This document shows positions 1 through 8,223 of a stretch of 32,000 bases of DNA, one piece after another. Source of the DNA: Cylindrospermopsis raciborskii Cr2010 (lineage in GTDB: Bacteria; Cyanobacteriota; Cyanobacteriia; Cyanobacteriales; Nostocaceae). The stretch lies in assembly GCF_003367075.2 (NCBI RefSeq), contig NZ_CP065936.1, positions 750,001 through 782,000 of the forward strand, written 5' to 3'. How positions within the stretch are numbered: the first letter of the stretch is position 1; every line of letters begins with the position of its first letter. The notes under the pieces were generated by a model. That model saw nothing but the letters and a program-made list of their open reading frames with translations. It was not told the origin of the DNA and did not search any database. The translations under genes were made by a program, and so were the position numbers.

Positions 1-75
1 TATTACCTGGTCAAACTGCTCAGGATTGATTTTCGTATCAGCAAGTCCAGTGTTGTTAGAAAAATTGTGATTCAT
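1..75 (-). CDS. 5' end of an unidentified CDS that runs off the left edge (partial)
   Basis: ATG at 75-73 (minus) opens a frame, MNHNFSNNTGLADTKINPEQFDQVI..., that stays open to position 1. Only 25 codons are visible, with no recognisable motif and no clear SD. Confidence 0.25.
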   Translation of the reverse strand, partial: MNHNFSNNTGLADTKINPEQFDQVI

Positions 76-206
76 AGTTAGTCTTACTTTTATTTTTTAG
101 GCGTGATTTATTTGATGAATGCTCAGATGTGATTGACCAGTTTCGGATCCGTGTTTAATTATCCTCTAGTCATCAACCCCAAAGAGTAACCAGAACAAGA
201 CTATGG

Positions 207-422
207 TCATTGAGTATTGTTGTACAAATAGCCGCTGATAAATGGTGAAACTTTTTTATAAAGTATCACCATTTTTGAGTCAGTAAACCCATGGAATCTG
301 ACTTCTCTCAAGCTACATTTGTAATTTATACTATCTTTTTTTCCCATATCATCTGCCAAGATGGCAAGTTGATAAGTCAAATTTAGTGAAGATCTCAAAA
401 CGTTCATTTGGTCATTGTGCAA
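207..422 (-). CDS. hypothetical small protein (71 aa, doubtful)
   Basis: ORF-track entry only. The start is TTG (an internal ATG gives MNVLRSS...). No motif recognised. It lies in a long AT-rich region without other ORFs. Confidence 0.2.
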   Translation of the reverse strand: MHNDQMNVLRSSLNLTYQLAILADDMGKKDSINYKCSLREVRFHGFTDSKMVILYKKVSPFISGYLYNNTQ

Positions 423-983
423 GTTTAACTTTCGTCTGATTTTTGTTAGATAAATGGGGGGTCAGACCCCTCATTTTAGACAACTTTAAAGTTATCAATT
501 GTTGAATATTTGAGGCAATCTCAATTTGATGTAGGAGTGTAAAGCCTTATAGAATAAGAACTTCATAAATTATCACTCAGCAGAAATCCCTGATTTTCCG
601 TAAAATTGCCTTCGGTAGTTCCTTGATTATAGATTGTTATATGTTTTTTGGCAATCTCCTTTAATAAAATAATTATTAACACAGAAATAGCAAATCACTC
701 AAGTTAAATAAATAGCAATAACTGTGGGGCATGAAGATAGAATATTTTTATAATTTAGTTGCTTATGATACCATTTAATAATTTATTAAATTAAACATTT
801 AAGGGGAAATAAATGATGCTCCCTAACAAATACCCATAACCAAGTGTATTATCAAGTGATTCACGACATAGATGTCATATTTAATGTCAATTAATATATG
901 GAACCAGAACGCTATAAAAAGCTGGATAGACATTCTGGCCCGCTGGTGGCTATGGTTATCTCTTAAGATTTAATTACCAATAA

Positions 984-3353
984 CTATTTAAAGCATATAT
1001 ACACAGCCCAAATAGCCATAGGCCGAAGGTAGGTACTAGCCCGAAAAGTACCAGCAGCGGTGATCGCCTCTGGTGTGCGGAACTGTAGACCATGGTCATA
1101 GACCTGTCTCACCACTGCTTCGGTTAAACGCAAACCTTGATCTTTCATGCCCATTTGCAGTAAAAAAGCAGCCAAGCCAAAATTGATACCCGTCCAAACC
1201 TCCAGAGGGTGGGTAGCTTGAGGGTTTTCCGGTGAACCATCCAGAAGAACACCATTAGCAGCACCAAACTTACCATCTTGGAACTTGAGGAAACAAGCAT
1301 CGTAGATAGTAGTCAAAGCGGAAAGGGCCCGATCTTTTGGCACAATATCCGGTAGATTAAGCAACCTGGCATAAAACTGTCCTGATAGTTGATCAGCCAT
1401 CACCACATTGGAACCACTTTCACTATCTAAACGGTAAAATTTGCCATTCCATAGTTTTTGTTGATATACTGGCAATGATTGGTTTAACCAATGCTCATAA
1501 ATAGATTTTTGCTCCCCTACATTTGGTAATTCCGGGCGGTTTATCAAAACATCACAAATGGCGATCGCAGCTTCCAAAGCTGCCAACCACAAAGCACCAC
1601 AATAGGCGCTAACACCACTTAGTCGCCAATCATCAAAGGTCTGGTCGGGAGCGCCAGAATTTTCCGGTATTCCATCCCCATCCATGTCAAATTGTTTGAG
1701 ATAATCTAAAGTCAGCACCATACCATGCCAACAGTCAACTAGAAACTCTATATCATTAGCACCGGTAAACAGGAAATCACGGTACACCTGGAGGACAAAA
1801 TCACAACCCAAATCTTTCCATAGGTTACAGTCCTGATAACTGGTATAGTTGGTTTGCTCCCAAACCCACTCATTAGGTGCGCCTAAATCGTGAGGTGTAG
1901 CCCCTGCTACCTTGCGTAATGCCATCGGACTGGGGGAGTTAATGGTTAAATAGTATCCAATAATTCTAGATCTATCATCACTTTGGGGGATGGCCCGCAC
2001 AAAAGCACGAATGACCGCCTTTTCCAATTCTGGGAATAAAATTAACAGTCCAAAGGAACCATATAATCTAACATCTAAACTCTCATACCAACGATAGTCT
2101 AAACATTCTAAAACCGCGAATTGACCCATGGGGTCTTTTTCCGTCCCTGCACTCCACAGGGTTCCCCCACTAGTTAAATCATACAGTTCGTTAAATAAAG
2201 CCATCTTGAACCAGCTTGGTAAATCCTCCCTTTCCAGAATTGGTTTTTGCCAACTCTCAATATGCGATCGCCAGTTGTAGCATTCTTTCAGAGCACAAGT
2301 AGCAATCTGCCAAGCATTATCGCCGGTAGTGCCGAAAAAATCAGTATATCTACGATAATAGTTGACACCTGCTGCAAATTCTGTCACTGGAAAGTCCCAA
2401 CTCAAGACGAAAGGAACTGTTAAAGTTTCCCCAGGTGGGAGAGTAAAGCGAACTGCAACAGCAGCGCCCAAACGGGAATTTACATCTGCGGGGGTTTCGT
2501 CCTGGTAATTAGATAGAGAGCCATTCTGACTAAAGTCACGCCAAATTTCTTCACCATTACCCAGGGGATTAAATTGGCAATGATAGAATAATTCAACCTG
2601 GGGATTTTTCACAGTAGCAATACACCAAGTACCATCACCTTCTTGAATTGGATGATCTGTAGCTCGACCTAAAACACAACCCAAATATTGGTCATTTTCT
2701 GCTAACCAGTTATAGTTCCCCTGACTTTCACCCCATCGCGGTTGATATTCATATACAGGAGAGCCATCATCCCTGATTTTAACTTGAGGAGATTTAAGAG
2801 CATTAGTAAACCACCCAGTCATATTCTCCCAACTCAACATAATACTCGCAGTAAGGGGTTGATTAGTTGGGTTATGGATATTCCATAAGAAAACAGCTAC
2901 CGGATAACTAGTTTCTCGGTAGTTATGGGCCCAAACCGGGGAAAATTGTTCGCAAGTGAATTGTAGGGGAAATACGTTTTCATATACAAACCAACTGCGG
3001 GGGTAGAGTGCGTGATATGTCCCCCCATCAGTATTGGGATACCATTGCCAGGTTTGTAAGGTGTTATCTTCTGGTGGTTGGGTGGATAACGCGTAAGCTT
3101 GACCAGATGTAAAAATACTGAACTGACACCCAGGAACATTTTTAAAAACATGTTCACCCCCATCAATATGCCATAAATTAAAATCTCCCCGAGAGGAACG
3201 ACCAATACAACCTGCTCCAAAACCACCTAATGGCATACCATGAAATGGCCCATCATCCAAATTGCTGGGATAGCGGACTCTATATGGTCTTTCCCACCCC
3301 AGACCAATAGCACGTTTCCACGTGTGGGGCGGTATTTCACTGTATTTGTTCAT
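984..3353 (-). CDS. GH116 family glycoside hydrolase (GBA2-type non-lysosomal glucosylceramidase / bile-acid beta-glucosidase-like)
   Basis: 792-aa ORF. The N-terminal 'GMPLGGFGAGCIGRSSRGDFNLWHI' block and the long C-terminal catalytic region are typical of GBA2/GH116 proteins. The track start at 3362 is TTG. ATG at 3353 (MNKYSEIPPHTW...) is the more likely start. Confidence 0.85.
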   Translation of the reverse strand: MNKYSEIPPHTWKRAIGLGWERPYRVRYPSNLDDGPFHGMPLGGFGAGCIGRSSRGDFNLWHIDGGEHVFKNVPGCQFSIFTSGQAYALSTQPPEDNTLQTWQWYPNTDGGTYHALYPRSWFVYENVFPLQFTCEQFSPVWAHNYRETSYPVAVFLWNIHNPTNQPLTASIMLSWENMTGWFTNALKSPQVKIRDDGSPVYEYQPRWGESQGNYNWLAENDQYLGCVLGRATDHPIQEGDGTWCIATVKNPQVELFYHCQFNPLGNGEEIWRDFSQNGSLSNYQDETPADVNSRLGAAVAVRFTLPPGETLTVPFVLSWDFPVTEFAAGVNYYRRYTDFFGTTGDNAWQIATCALKECYNWRSHIESWQKPILEREDLPSWFKMALFNELYDLTSGGTLWSAGTEKDPMGQFAVLECLDYRWYESLDVRLYGSFGLLILFPELEKAVIRAFVRAIPQSDDRSRIIGYYLTINSPSPMALRKVAGATPHDLGAPNEWVWEQTNYTSYQDCNLWKDLGCDFVLQVYRDFLFTGANDIEFLVDCWHGMVLTLDYLKQFDMDGDGIPENSGAPDQTFDDWRLSGVSAYCGALWLAALEAAIAICDVLINRPELPNVGEQKSIYEHWLNQSLPVYQQKLWNGKFYRLDSESGSNVVMADQLSGQFYARLLNLPDIVPKDRALSALTTIYDACFLKFQDGKFGAANGVLLDGSPENPQATHPLEVWTGINFGLAAFLLQMGMKDQGLRLTEAVVRQVYDHGLQFRTPEAITAAGTFRASTYLRPMAIWAVYICFK

Positions 3354-3384
3354 AGTCTTCAAAAAGTTTTCCCAATCTCAACAG

Positions 3385-3406
3385 TATAACCTTGGTTATA
3401 TATAAT
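3385..3406. promoter_or_regulatory. candidate operator (TATAACC-TT-GGTTATA) abutting a TATAAT -10 box in the divergent GH116/hydroxylase promoter region
   Basis: Perfect 7-bp inverted repeat with a 2-bp spacer at 3385-3400. TATAAT follows at 3401-3406, 29 nt upstream of the ATG at 3435. The whole intergenic region is only about 80 bp. Confidence 0.3.
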
Positions 3407-3434
3407 ATATTTGTAACAATTATTAATAAAACAG

Positions 3435-4187
3435 ATGTTATCTAATATCATAGAATTCACCGCGCTGACAATAATTATATTTTGCGCACTTTCTGTCAGA
3501 TATTTTCTTGTATCCTGGCCCCTTTATTGGTTGCTGTGGACTCGTCGTCCTCGTTCCTGGGAAAAACGCCGTCTTCAGGAAATTAAAGAAAACAGTCAGA
3601 ATATCAAAACTGAAATCAAATGGTCTATTCTATCCAGTCTAATTTTCTCCCCAGGAGTCGCTCTGTCCATGACTATCATTAGTAATGGATATACCAAGGT
3701 GTACACTAATCCTCTGGAATATGGCTATTTATACTTGCCTATAAGCATACTCATATATTTATTCTTACACGATACATATTTTTACTGGACCCATTTATGG
3801 TTACACAATCCTAAAATATATCGCCGCTTTCATCGAATACATCATCAATCTATCAAACCCACACCCTGGACATCCTTCTGCTTTGACCCTTTAGAAAGTA
3901 TAATGCAGGCAGTGATTATTCCTGTCATGCTGCTGATCATTCCCATTCATACCAGCATGTTAATACTATTATTAATATTAATGACGCTATTTGGCGTGAT
4001 TAATCACCTAGGTTATGAAGTTTATCCCCGTTCCTGGATTAAGGGTTTTTGGGGTGAACATTGGATTACACCCTCCCATCACACCCTACATCATCACAAA
4101 TTCAATTGTAATTATGGTCTTTATTTTCGCTTTTGGGATAAGGTGATGGGGACGGATGTTATACAAGAGGAAAAACTACATTTTTAA
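3435..4187 (+). CDS. fatty acid hydroxylase / sterol desaturase superfamily membrane protein
   Basis: Three histidine boxes of the membrane di-iron family: 'HDTYFYWTHLWLH', 'HRIHH', 'HHTLHHH'. Several hydrophobic helices. Confidence 0.8.
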   Translation: MLSNIIEFTALTIIIFCALSVRYFLVSWPLYWLLWTRRPRSWEKRRLQEIKENSQNIKTEIKWSILSSLIFSPGVALSMTIISNGYTKVYTNPLEYGYLYLPISILIYLFLHDTYFYWTHLWLHNPKIYRRFHRIHHQSIKPTPWTSFCFDPLESIMQAVIIPVMLLIIPIHTSMLILLLILMTLFGVINHLGYEVYPRSWIKGFWGEHWITPSHHTLHHHKFNCNYGLYFRFWDKVMGTDVIQEEKLHF

Positions 4188-4189
4188 AC

Positions 4190-4492
4190 TTACTTGCTAC
4201 CATAGAAAAAAGCAATCTCTTTTTCCTTTAAGGGTGCAAAACCAGCTGCTACTAATTTCTCATCTAACTCCGCTTGGGGTATGTGTTTAGCACCAATGCG
4301 AACAATTCGAGAACGCATGGTGTTAGATACCCCACTCCGTTGTCTACCTGCTTCCAATCCCATAACGTAATTATATAACTCCAGCTTGACGGTAGGAATG
4401 GGGGATCCATCAAAGTCAATTCCCTGTGCGATCGCTATATCTACAGCATCAGCGCCAGTGGTTGGATTTTGTGCAGTTGTTTCGGTGGTCAT
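4190..4492 (-). CDS. conserved hypothetical protein (100 aa)
   Basis: Clean ORF with ATG start and non-repetitive, protein-like composition ('...GRQRSGVSNTMRSRIVRIGAKHIPQAELDEKLVAAGF...'). I do not recognise the family. Confidence 0.55.
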   Translation of the reverse strand: MTTETTAQNPTTGADAVDIAIAQGIDFDGSPIPTVKLELYNYVMGLEAGRQRSGVSNTMRSRIVRIGAKHIPQAELDEKLVAAGFAPLKEKEIAFFYGSK

Positions 4493-4544
4493 GGCTATAA
4501 TCTGGTTAAACTTAACAGGTATTCTATCAGGAAGAGGAGAGAAT

Positions 4545-4805
4545 TTAACCTAAATAATCAATTTTACGCACCACCAAACCACCAAAAAACGCTCCTAATA
4601 TTGTACCAGTCCAAATTCCCGCTATGCTACCTTGCCATATTGCTCCTGGTGTTACCACTACATGACAAATCTGTTGCCAACCCCATAGTTGAGTCAGGCA
4701 TTTTTGATTATGTAACATAGAGGAGATTTGTGCAGCTGTTAATCCACCAATTATGCCTGATAATAGCGCAATAACAGTACAAATTAAAGTGCGTTTTTTG
4801 ATCAT
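4545..4805 (-). CDS. small glycine-rich membrane protein (86 aa), hypothetical
   Basis: Two hydrophobic, Gly-zipper-like segments ('IALLSGIIGGLTAA', 'GSIAGIWTGTILGAFFGGLVV'). Starts 21 nt downstream of the ppc stop on the same strand, so co-transcription is likely. Confidence 0.5.
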   Translation of the reverse strand: MIKKRTLICTVIALLSGIIGGLTAAQISSMLHNQKCLTQLWGWQQICHVVVTPGAIWQGSIAGIWTGTILGAFFGGLVVRKIDYLG

Positions 4806-4826
4806 TCCACCACTCCTTAAAAATCA

Positions 4827-7800
4827 TCAACCAGTATTTCTCATTCCTGCTGCAATCCCATTAATAGTCAACAATGCGCCGCGTAGTAATTCCCCTTTAC
4901 TGTAACGAGAATGTATTACTCCCGGTGTACTACTAGTCTTGTACTGTCTCAATCGCTTGAGTAAGGAAACCTGAATGAACCCCAATGGCAATATGGTGCT
5001 ATTTCGTAATTGTACTGACCGCTGCAAGGTGGGATCTTCGTCTAGTAGTCTTTGATTTCCCGTGATTTTCAACACCAGGTCCCTAGTCAAATAGTATTCC
5101 CTGGCAATTTGGAAAAATACTTTCTCAAATCTTGATCTGTCTTCTGGACTGGAAAGTTCCTGTACATAATGACGTGCCATCTCTATATCCACTTTTGCTA
5201 GGGTCATTTCTACTTTGGAAATTACCATTTTAAAGAAAGGCCACTTAATATAGAAATAACGCATTAGTTTCAAATGTTCTTCCGGTTTTTCTTGTAGAAA
5301 CTCATCTAATGCCGTACCTACACCATACCAAGAAGGCAATAAAAATCTGGTTTGTGTCCAACTAAATACCCAAGGTATAGCTCTTAAACTGCCCAAATCT
5401 TTTTTGCCAGATGATCGCCGGGCTGGGCGAGAACTAATTTGTAACTGACTAATTTCTTCAATAGGCGTTACCTGATGAAAGAAGTCAATAAAATCAGGAT
5501 CTTCATAAATCAAAGCTCGATAATGTTGACGAGATCTCACCGACAATTCTTCCATGATCTCATTCCACGCTTCAATGTCATCAAACCCTGTTCTCAATAA
5601 ACTAGCCTGCACTACTGCGCTAGTAATTGTTTCTATATGATACAAAGCTAAATCTAACAGAGAATATTTAGAAGCTAAAACTTCTCCCTGTTCGGTAATC
5701 TTGATCCTACCATTAATACTATGTCCAGGTTGGGCTAAAATCGCCTCGTAGGCTGGTCCACCACCACGACCTACCGATCCCCCCCGCCCATGGAAAATTC
5801 TCAGGTTTAAACCGTATTCTTCAGCAATTTCTTGCAGGGATTTTTGGGCTTTGTGGATTTCCCAATTACTACTTAAAAAACCAGAGTCTTTATTACTGTC
5901 GGAATATCCTAACATCACTTCTTGGAGGTTAGGTTTAAGATCGCTATGGGATAGGTTATTTTCTGTGTGATCGGGTTTATAACCTCCCGCTAGGAAAGCA
6001 CGATATAGGGGAAGTTCAAATAATTCCCGCATCACACTTCTGGATCTTTGTAAATCTTCTACAGTTTCAAATAGGGGAACTACACGAATAGAGCCAACCG
6101 CAGTAGCAGGGTCAAATAATTGGGCCTCCTTGGCTAGTAGTAGTACCTCTAATACGTCACTAACTTGCCGACACATGCTAATAATATATGTTTGGCAGAT
6201 CCTAATCCTAAATTCCTGTTGTAGCGATCGCACCACTCGGAAAGTTTCAATGACATCATTAGTTTTTTCCGAAAATGGCAATTCTGCTGGAATTAAAGGT
6301 CTTCTAGTCTGTAATTCTGCTGTCAACCAACTCACTCTTTCGCTTTCTGAGAGTTCATTATAGGTTCCGGGAAGGATTTGCAGGTATTCAAGAATTTCAT
6401 TGATTGCATCAGAGTGTCTAGAAGATTCTTGACGAATATCTAACTGGGCTAGATGAAAGTCAAAAATCTCCACCTGACAAATCAAATTATCCAACTCTCC
6501 ACAACTCAATCCAGTTTCTGTTAAGTTACGTTGAATCAGTCTTAGCTCCGCCAAAAATTCTTCCCCCGAAGCATATTTATCAGAATCCTCATTGGTGGGA
6601 GTCTCCCCACGATATAAAGACAAATTCCGATCTCTGGTATTTTCCAATCTTCTTAACACATAGGAAAGTTTTAAGCGATAAGGCTCTTGACGATAGCGGA
6701 GAGCTAAAGCATCGTAAACATCACCTAATACAGATTGGTCCAATTCTAAAGATTCCAACAAATCTGGTAGGACATCACTCCAGTGCATGGAAATGCTCAG
6801 TAACTCAATCAGCTTTTTCACAGATTGAATATATCTCTCTAAAACCATTTTTCGCTGGTAACAGGCAGTTTTCCAAGTCACCTCGGGTGTCACTGATGGG
6901 TTACCATCCCGATCGGAACCTACCCAAGAGCCAAAAGAACAAAAGTTCTTACCAGGTGGTTCCAACCAAGGAAATGTTTGTTTTAAAGCATAAGCAAATC
7001 GTTTATACAATTGAGGAATACCATCAAATAGAACCTCTTGAAAGTAATGTAATGCATAGTCTACTTCATCTAATACGGTTGGTTTAAACTGATGCAGTTC
7101 ATCTGTGCGCCACCAGAGGCGAATCTCTTCTAATAAACGCTCCTTAATTTCTGCCAGTTCCCAGGGATGAGCACCAGTATGGGTTTGTAGAGTATCCAAC
7201 TGCTGTAAAAGGTGTACTACCTGTCTTTGTTTGTCCCGGATGGTGTGGCGGACAATTTCCGTGGGATGTGCTGTGAAGACTAAGCGCACATCCAGTTGAG
7301 AAATCAGTCTTTGAATCTGCTGAGGTGGAACATTTAATCTAAATAGTAGGGGGAATAACACCGCAAAGGTTCCCTTCTGGTAAGGGGTAATTTTATCATT
7401 CCCAGTCTCTTTATTGATAGGTAGATCATTTTCCCTTTGATTAGTTGAATAAATAATGTTAGGCCAGCTTTCTTGGTCCATAGGATCGGGCACCGAATAG
7501 CGGGTTAACTGTTGCTTTTGTTCATATTCTTGCTCAATAATGTTAATTAACTGGAAGTATAAAGCGAAAGCACGAGCAGCACGAATAGCTTCATTAATAT
7601 TGAGCTGTTCAATCAGTGCTACTGCTGAGGATGCTTGATCATGGGTGGTTTGTCCTTCCGGTGAACACAAATCCCGTAGTTGACGCAGCAGGTCAACCAT
7701 TTTTTGTCCACATTCTTGTCTGAGAACCGACTCCCATAATTCTTCTACTACGTGCAGACGATGACGTAAAAATAATTCAGACATAGGGTGCATATTTGCC

Positions 7801-7832
7801 GCTGGCAATGAAGAGTATAAAATCGAACTCAT
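4827..7832 (-). CDS. ppc: phosphoenolpyruvate carboxylase
   Basis: PEPC signature motifs 'VFTAHPTE', '[10 protein letters not shown]', '[14 protein letters not shown]' and the C-terminal '[12 protein letters not shown]'. The track ORF begins at a GTG (7877). ATG at 7832 (MSSILYSS...) fits usual cyanobacterial PEPC N-termini. Confidence 0.96.
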   Translation of the reverse strand: MSSILYSSLPAANMHPMSELFLRHRLHVVEELWESVLRQECGQKMVDLLRQLRDLCSPEGQTTHDQASSAVALIEQLNINEAIRAARAFALYFQLINIIEQEYEQKQQLTRYSVPDPMDQESWPNIIYSTNQRENDLPINKETGNDKITPYQKGTFAVLFPLLFRLNVPPQQIQRLISQLDVRLVFTAHPTEIVRHTIRDKQRQVVHLLQQLDTLQTHTGAHPWELAEIKERLLEEIRLWWRTDELHQFKPTVLDEVDYALHYFQEVLFDGIPQLYKRFAYALKQTFPWLEPPGKNFCSFGSWVGSDRDGNPSVTPEVTWKTACYQRKMVLERYIQSVKKLIELLSISMHWSDVLPDLLESLELDQSVLGDVYDALALRYRQEPYRLKLSYVLRRLENTRDRNLSLYRGETPTNEDSDKYASGEEFLAELRLIQRNLTETGLSCGELDNLICQVEIFDFHLAQLDIRQESSRHSDAINEILEYLQILPGTYNELSESERVSWLTAELQTRRPLIPAELPFSEKTNDVIETFRVVRSLQQEFRIRICQTYIISMCRQVSDVLEVLLLAKEAQLFDPATAVGSIRVVPLFETVEDLQRSRSVMRELFELPLYRAFLAGGYKPDHTENNLSHSDLKPNLQEVMLGYSDSNKDSGFLSSNWEIHKAQKSLQEIAEEYGLNLRIFHGRGGSVGRGGGPAYEAILAQPGHSINGRIKITEQGEVLASKYSLLDLALYHIETITSAVVQASLLRTGFDDIEAWNEIMEELSVRSRQHYRALIYEDPDFIDFFHQVTPIEEISQLQISSRPARRSSGKKDLGSLRAIPWVFSWTQTRFLLPSWYGVGTALDEFLQEKPEEHLKLMRYFYIKWPFFKMVISKVEMTLAKVDIEMARHYVQELSSPEDRSRFEKVFFQIAREYYLTRDLVLKITGNQRLLDEDPTLQRSVQLRNSTILPLGFIQVSLLKRLRQYKTSSTPGVIHSRYSKGELLRGALLTINGIAAGMRNTG

Positions 7833-8223
7833 ATTTTTTGCTCCGGTCCGCTTAACCTGTAATTCTATCCTCAGCACAGGAAGTTTCGGGGAATTTTAGT
7901 GGAGGGAGGCGATCGCCCCTAAATATCTCCTCACTAGCAGTTCCCAGGGTTGTAATCACCTCACTAGTTACTTTATTTGCTATGAGTAGTAGTAACATGG
8001 ACATTGTGCCTATTTGTAGTAACGGGGAATGGGAAATAGTAGAAGACATGATTTATTCTGTAGATTGGTGGTTTTAGAATCACTAGTTACAATGATACTG
8101 GCAATTATATATATAAGGTGTAGATCGAGCACGCCCAAATTATAGGTTAAGTAGGTTAATTCTATGGTGATTTAACCTCTAATAATATCTTTGCTCATTT
8201 CTACAGCTACAAAGGTAACAAAA

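Noticed and set aside
454-474. Hairpin ATGGGGGG-TCAGA-CCCCTCAT in the AT-rich left region
   Set aside because: The stem is short with a mismatch, there is no convincing U-tract on either strand, and it is ~500 bp from the nearest well-supported gene end. This is not enough to call a terminator or an sRNA.
423-983. 560-bp ORF-free AT-rich region searched for an ncRNA, tRNA or mobile-element end
   Set aside because: I could not see a tRNA-like arm set, terminal inverted repeats or a strong promoter-terminator pair. It remains unexplained non-coding DNA. Only a covariance-model scan or RNA-seq could say more.
2897-3226. 109-aa ORF on the minus strand inside the GH116 gene
   Set aside because: It lies entirely within the strongly supported GH116 reading frame, in another frame. 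It has low-complexity composition and no motifs. It is an overlap artefact.
4185-4192. Convergent genes (hydroxylase and the 100-aa ORF) whose stop codons are only 2 nt apart
   Set aside because: This is just tight packing. It leaves no room for a terminator hairpin, but nothing in the sequence suggests a functional link.
4469-4720. 83-aa plus-strand ORF
   Set aside because: It is antisense to the small membrane-protein gene and overlaps the 5' end of the 100-aa gene. There is no recognisable signal. It is probably spurious.
6130-7087. Two plus-strand ORFs (6130-6363 and 6887-7087)
   Set aside because: Both are antisense within ppc, whose frame is supported by PEPC signature motifs along its whole length.
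7852-8049. 65-aa minus-strand ORF upstream of ppc
   Set aside because: No motif or SD. It overlaps only the improbable GTG-extended version of ppc and reads through a HIP1 palindrome. I cannot support it as a gene, though a small leader ORF cannot be excluded.
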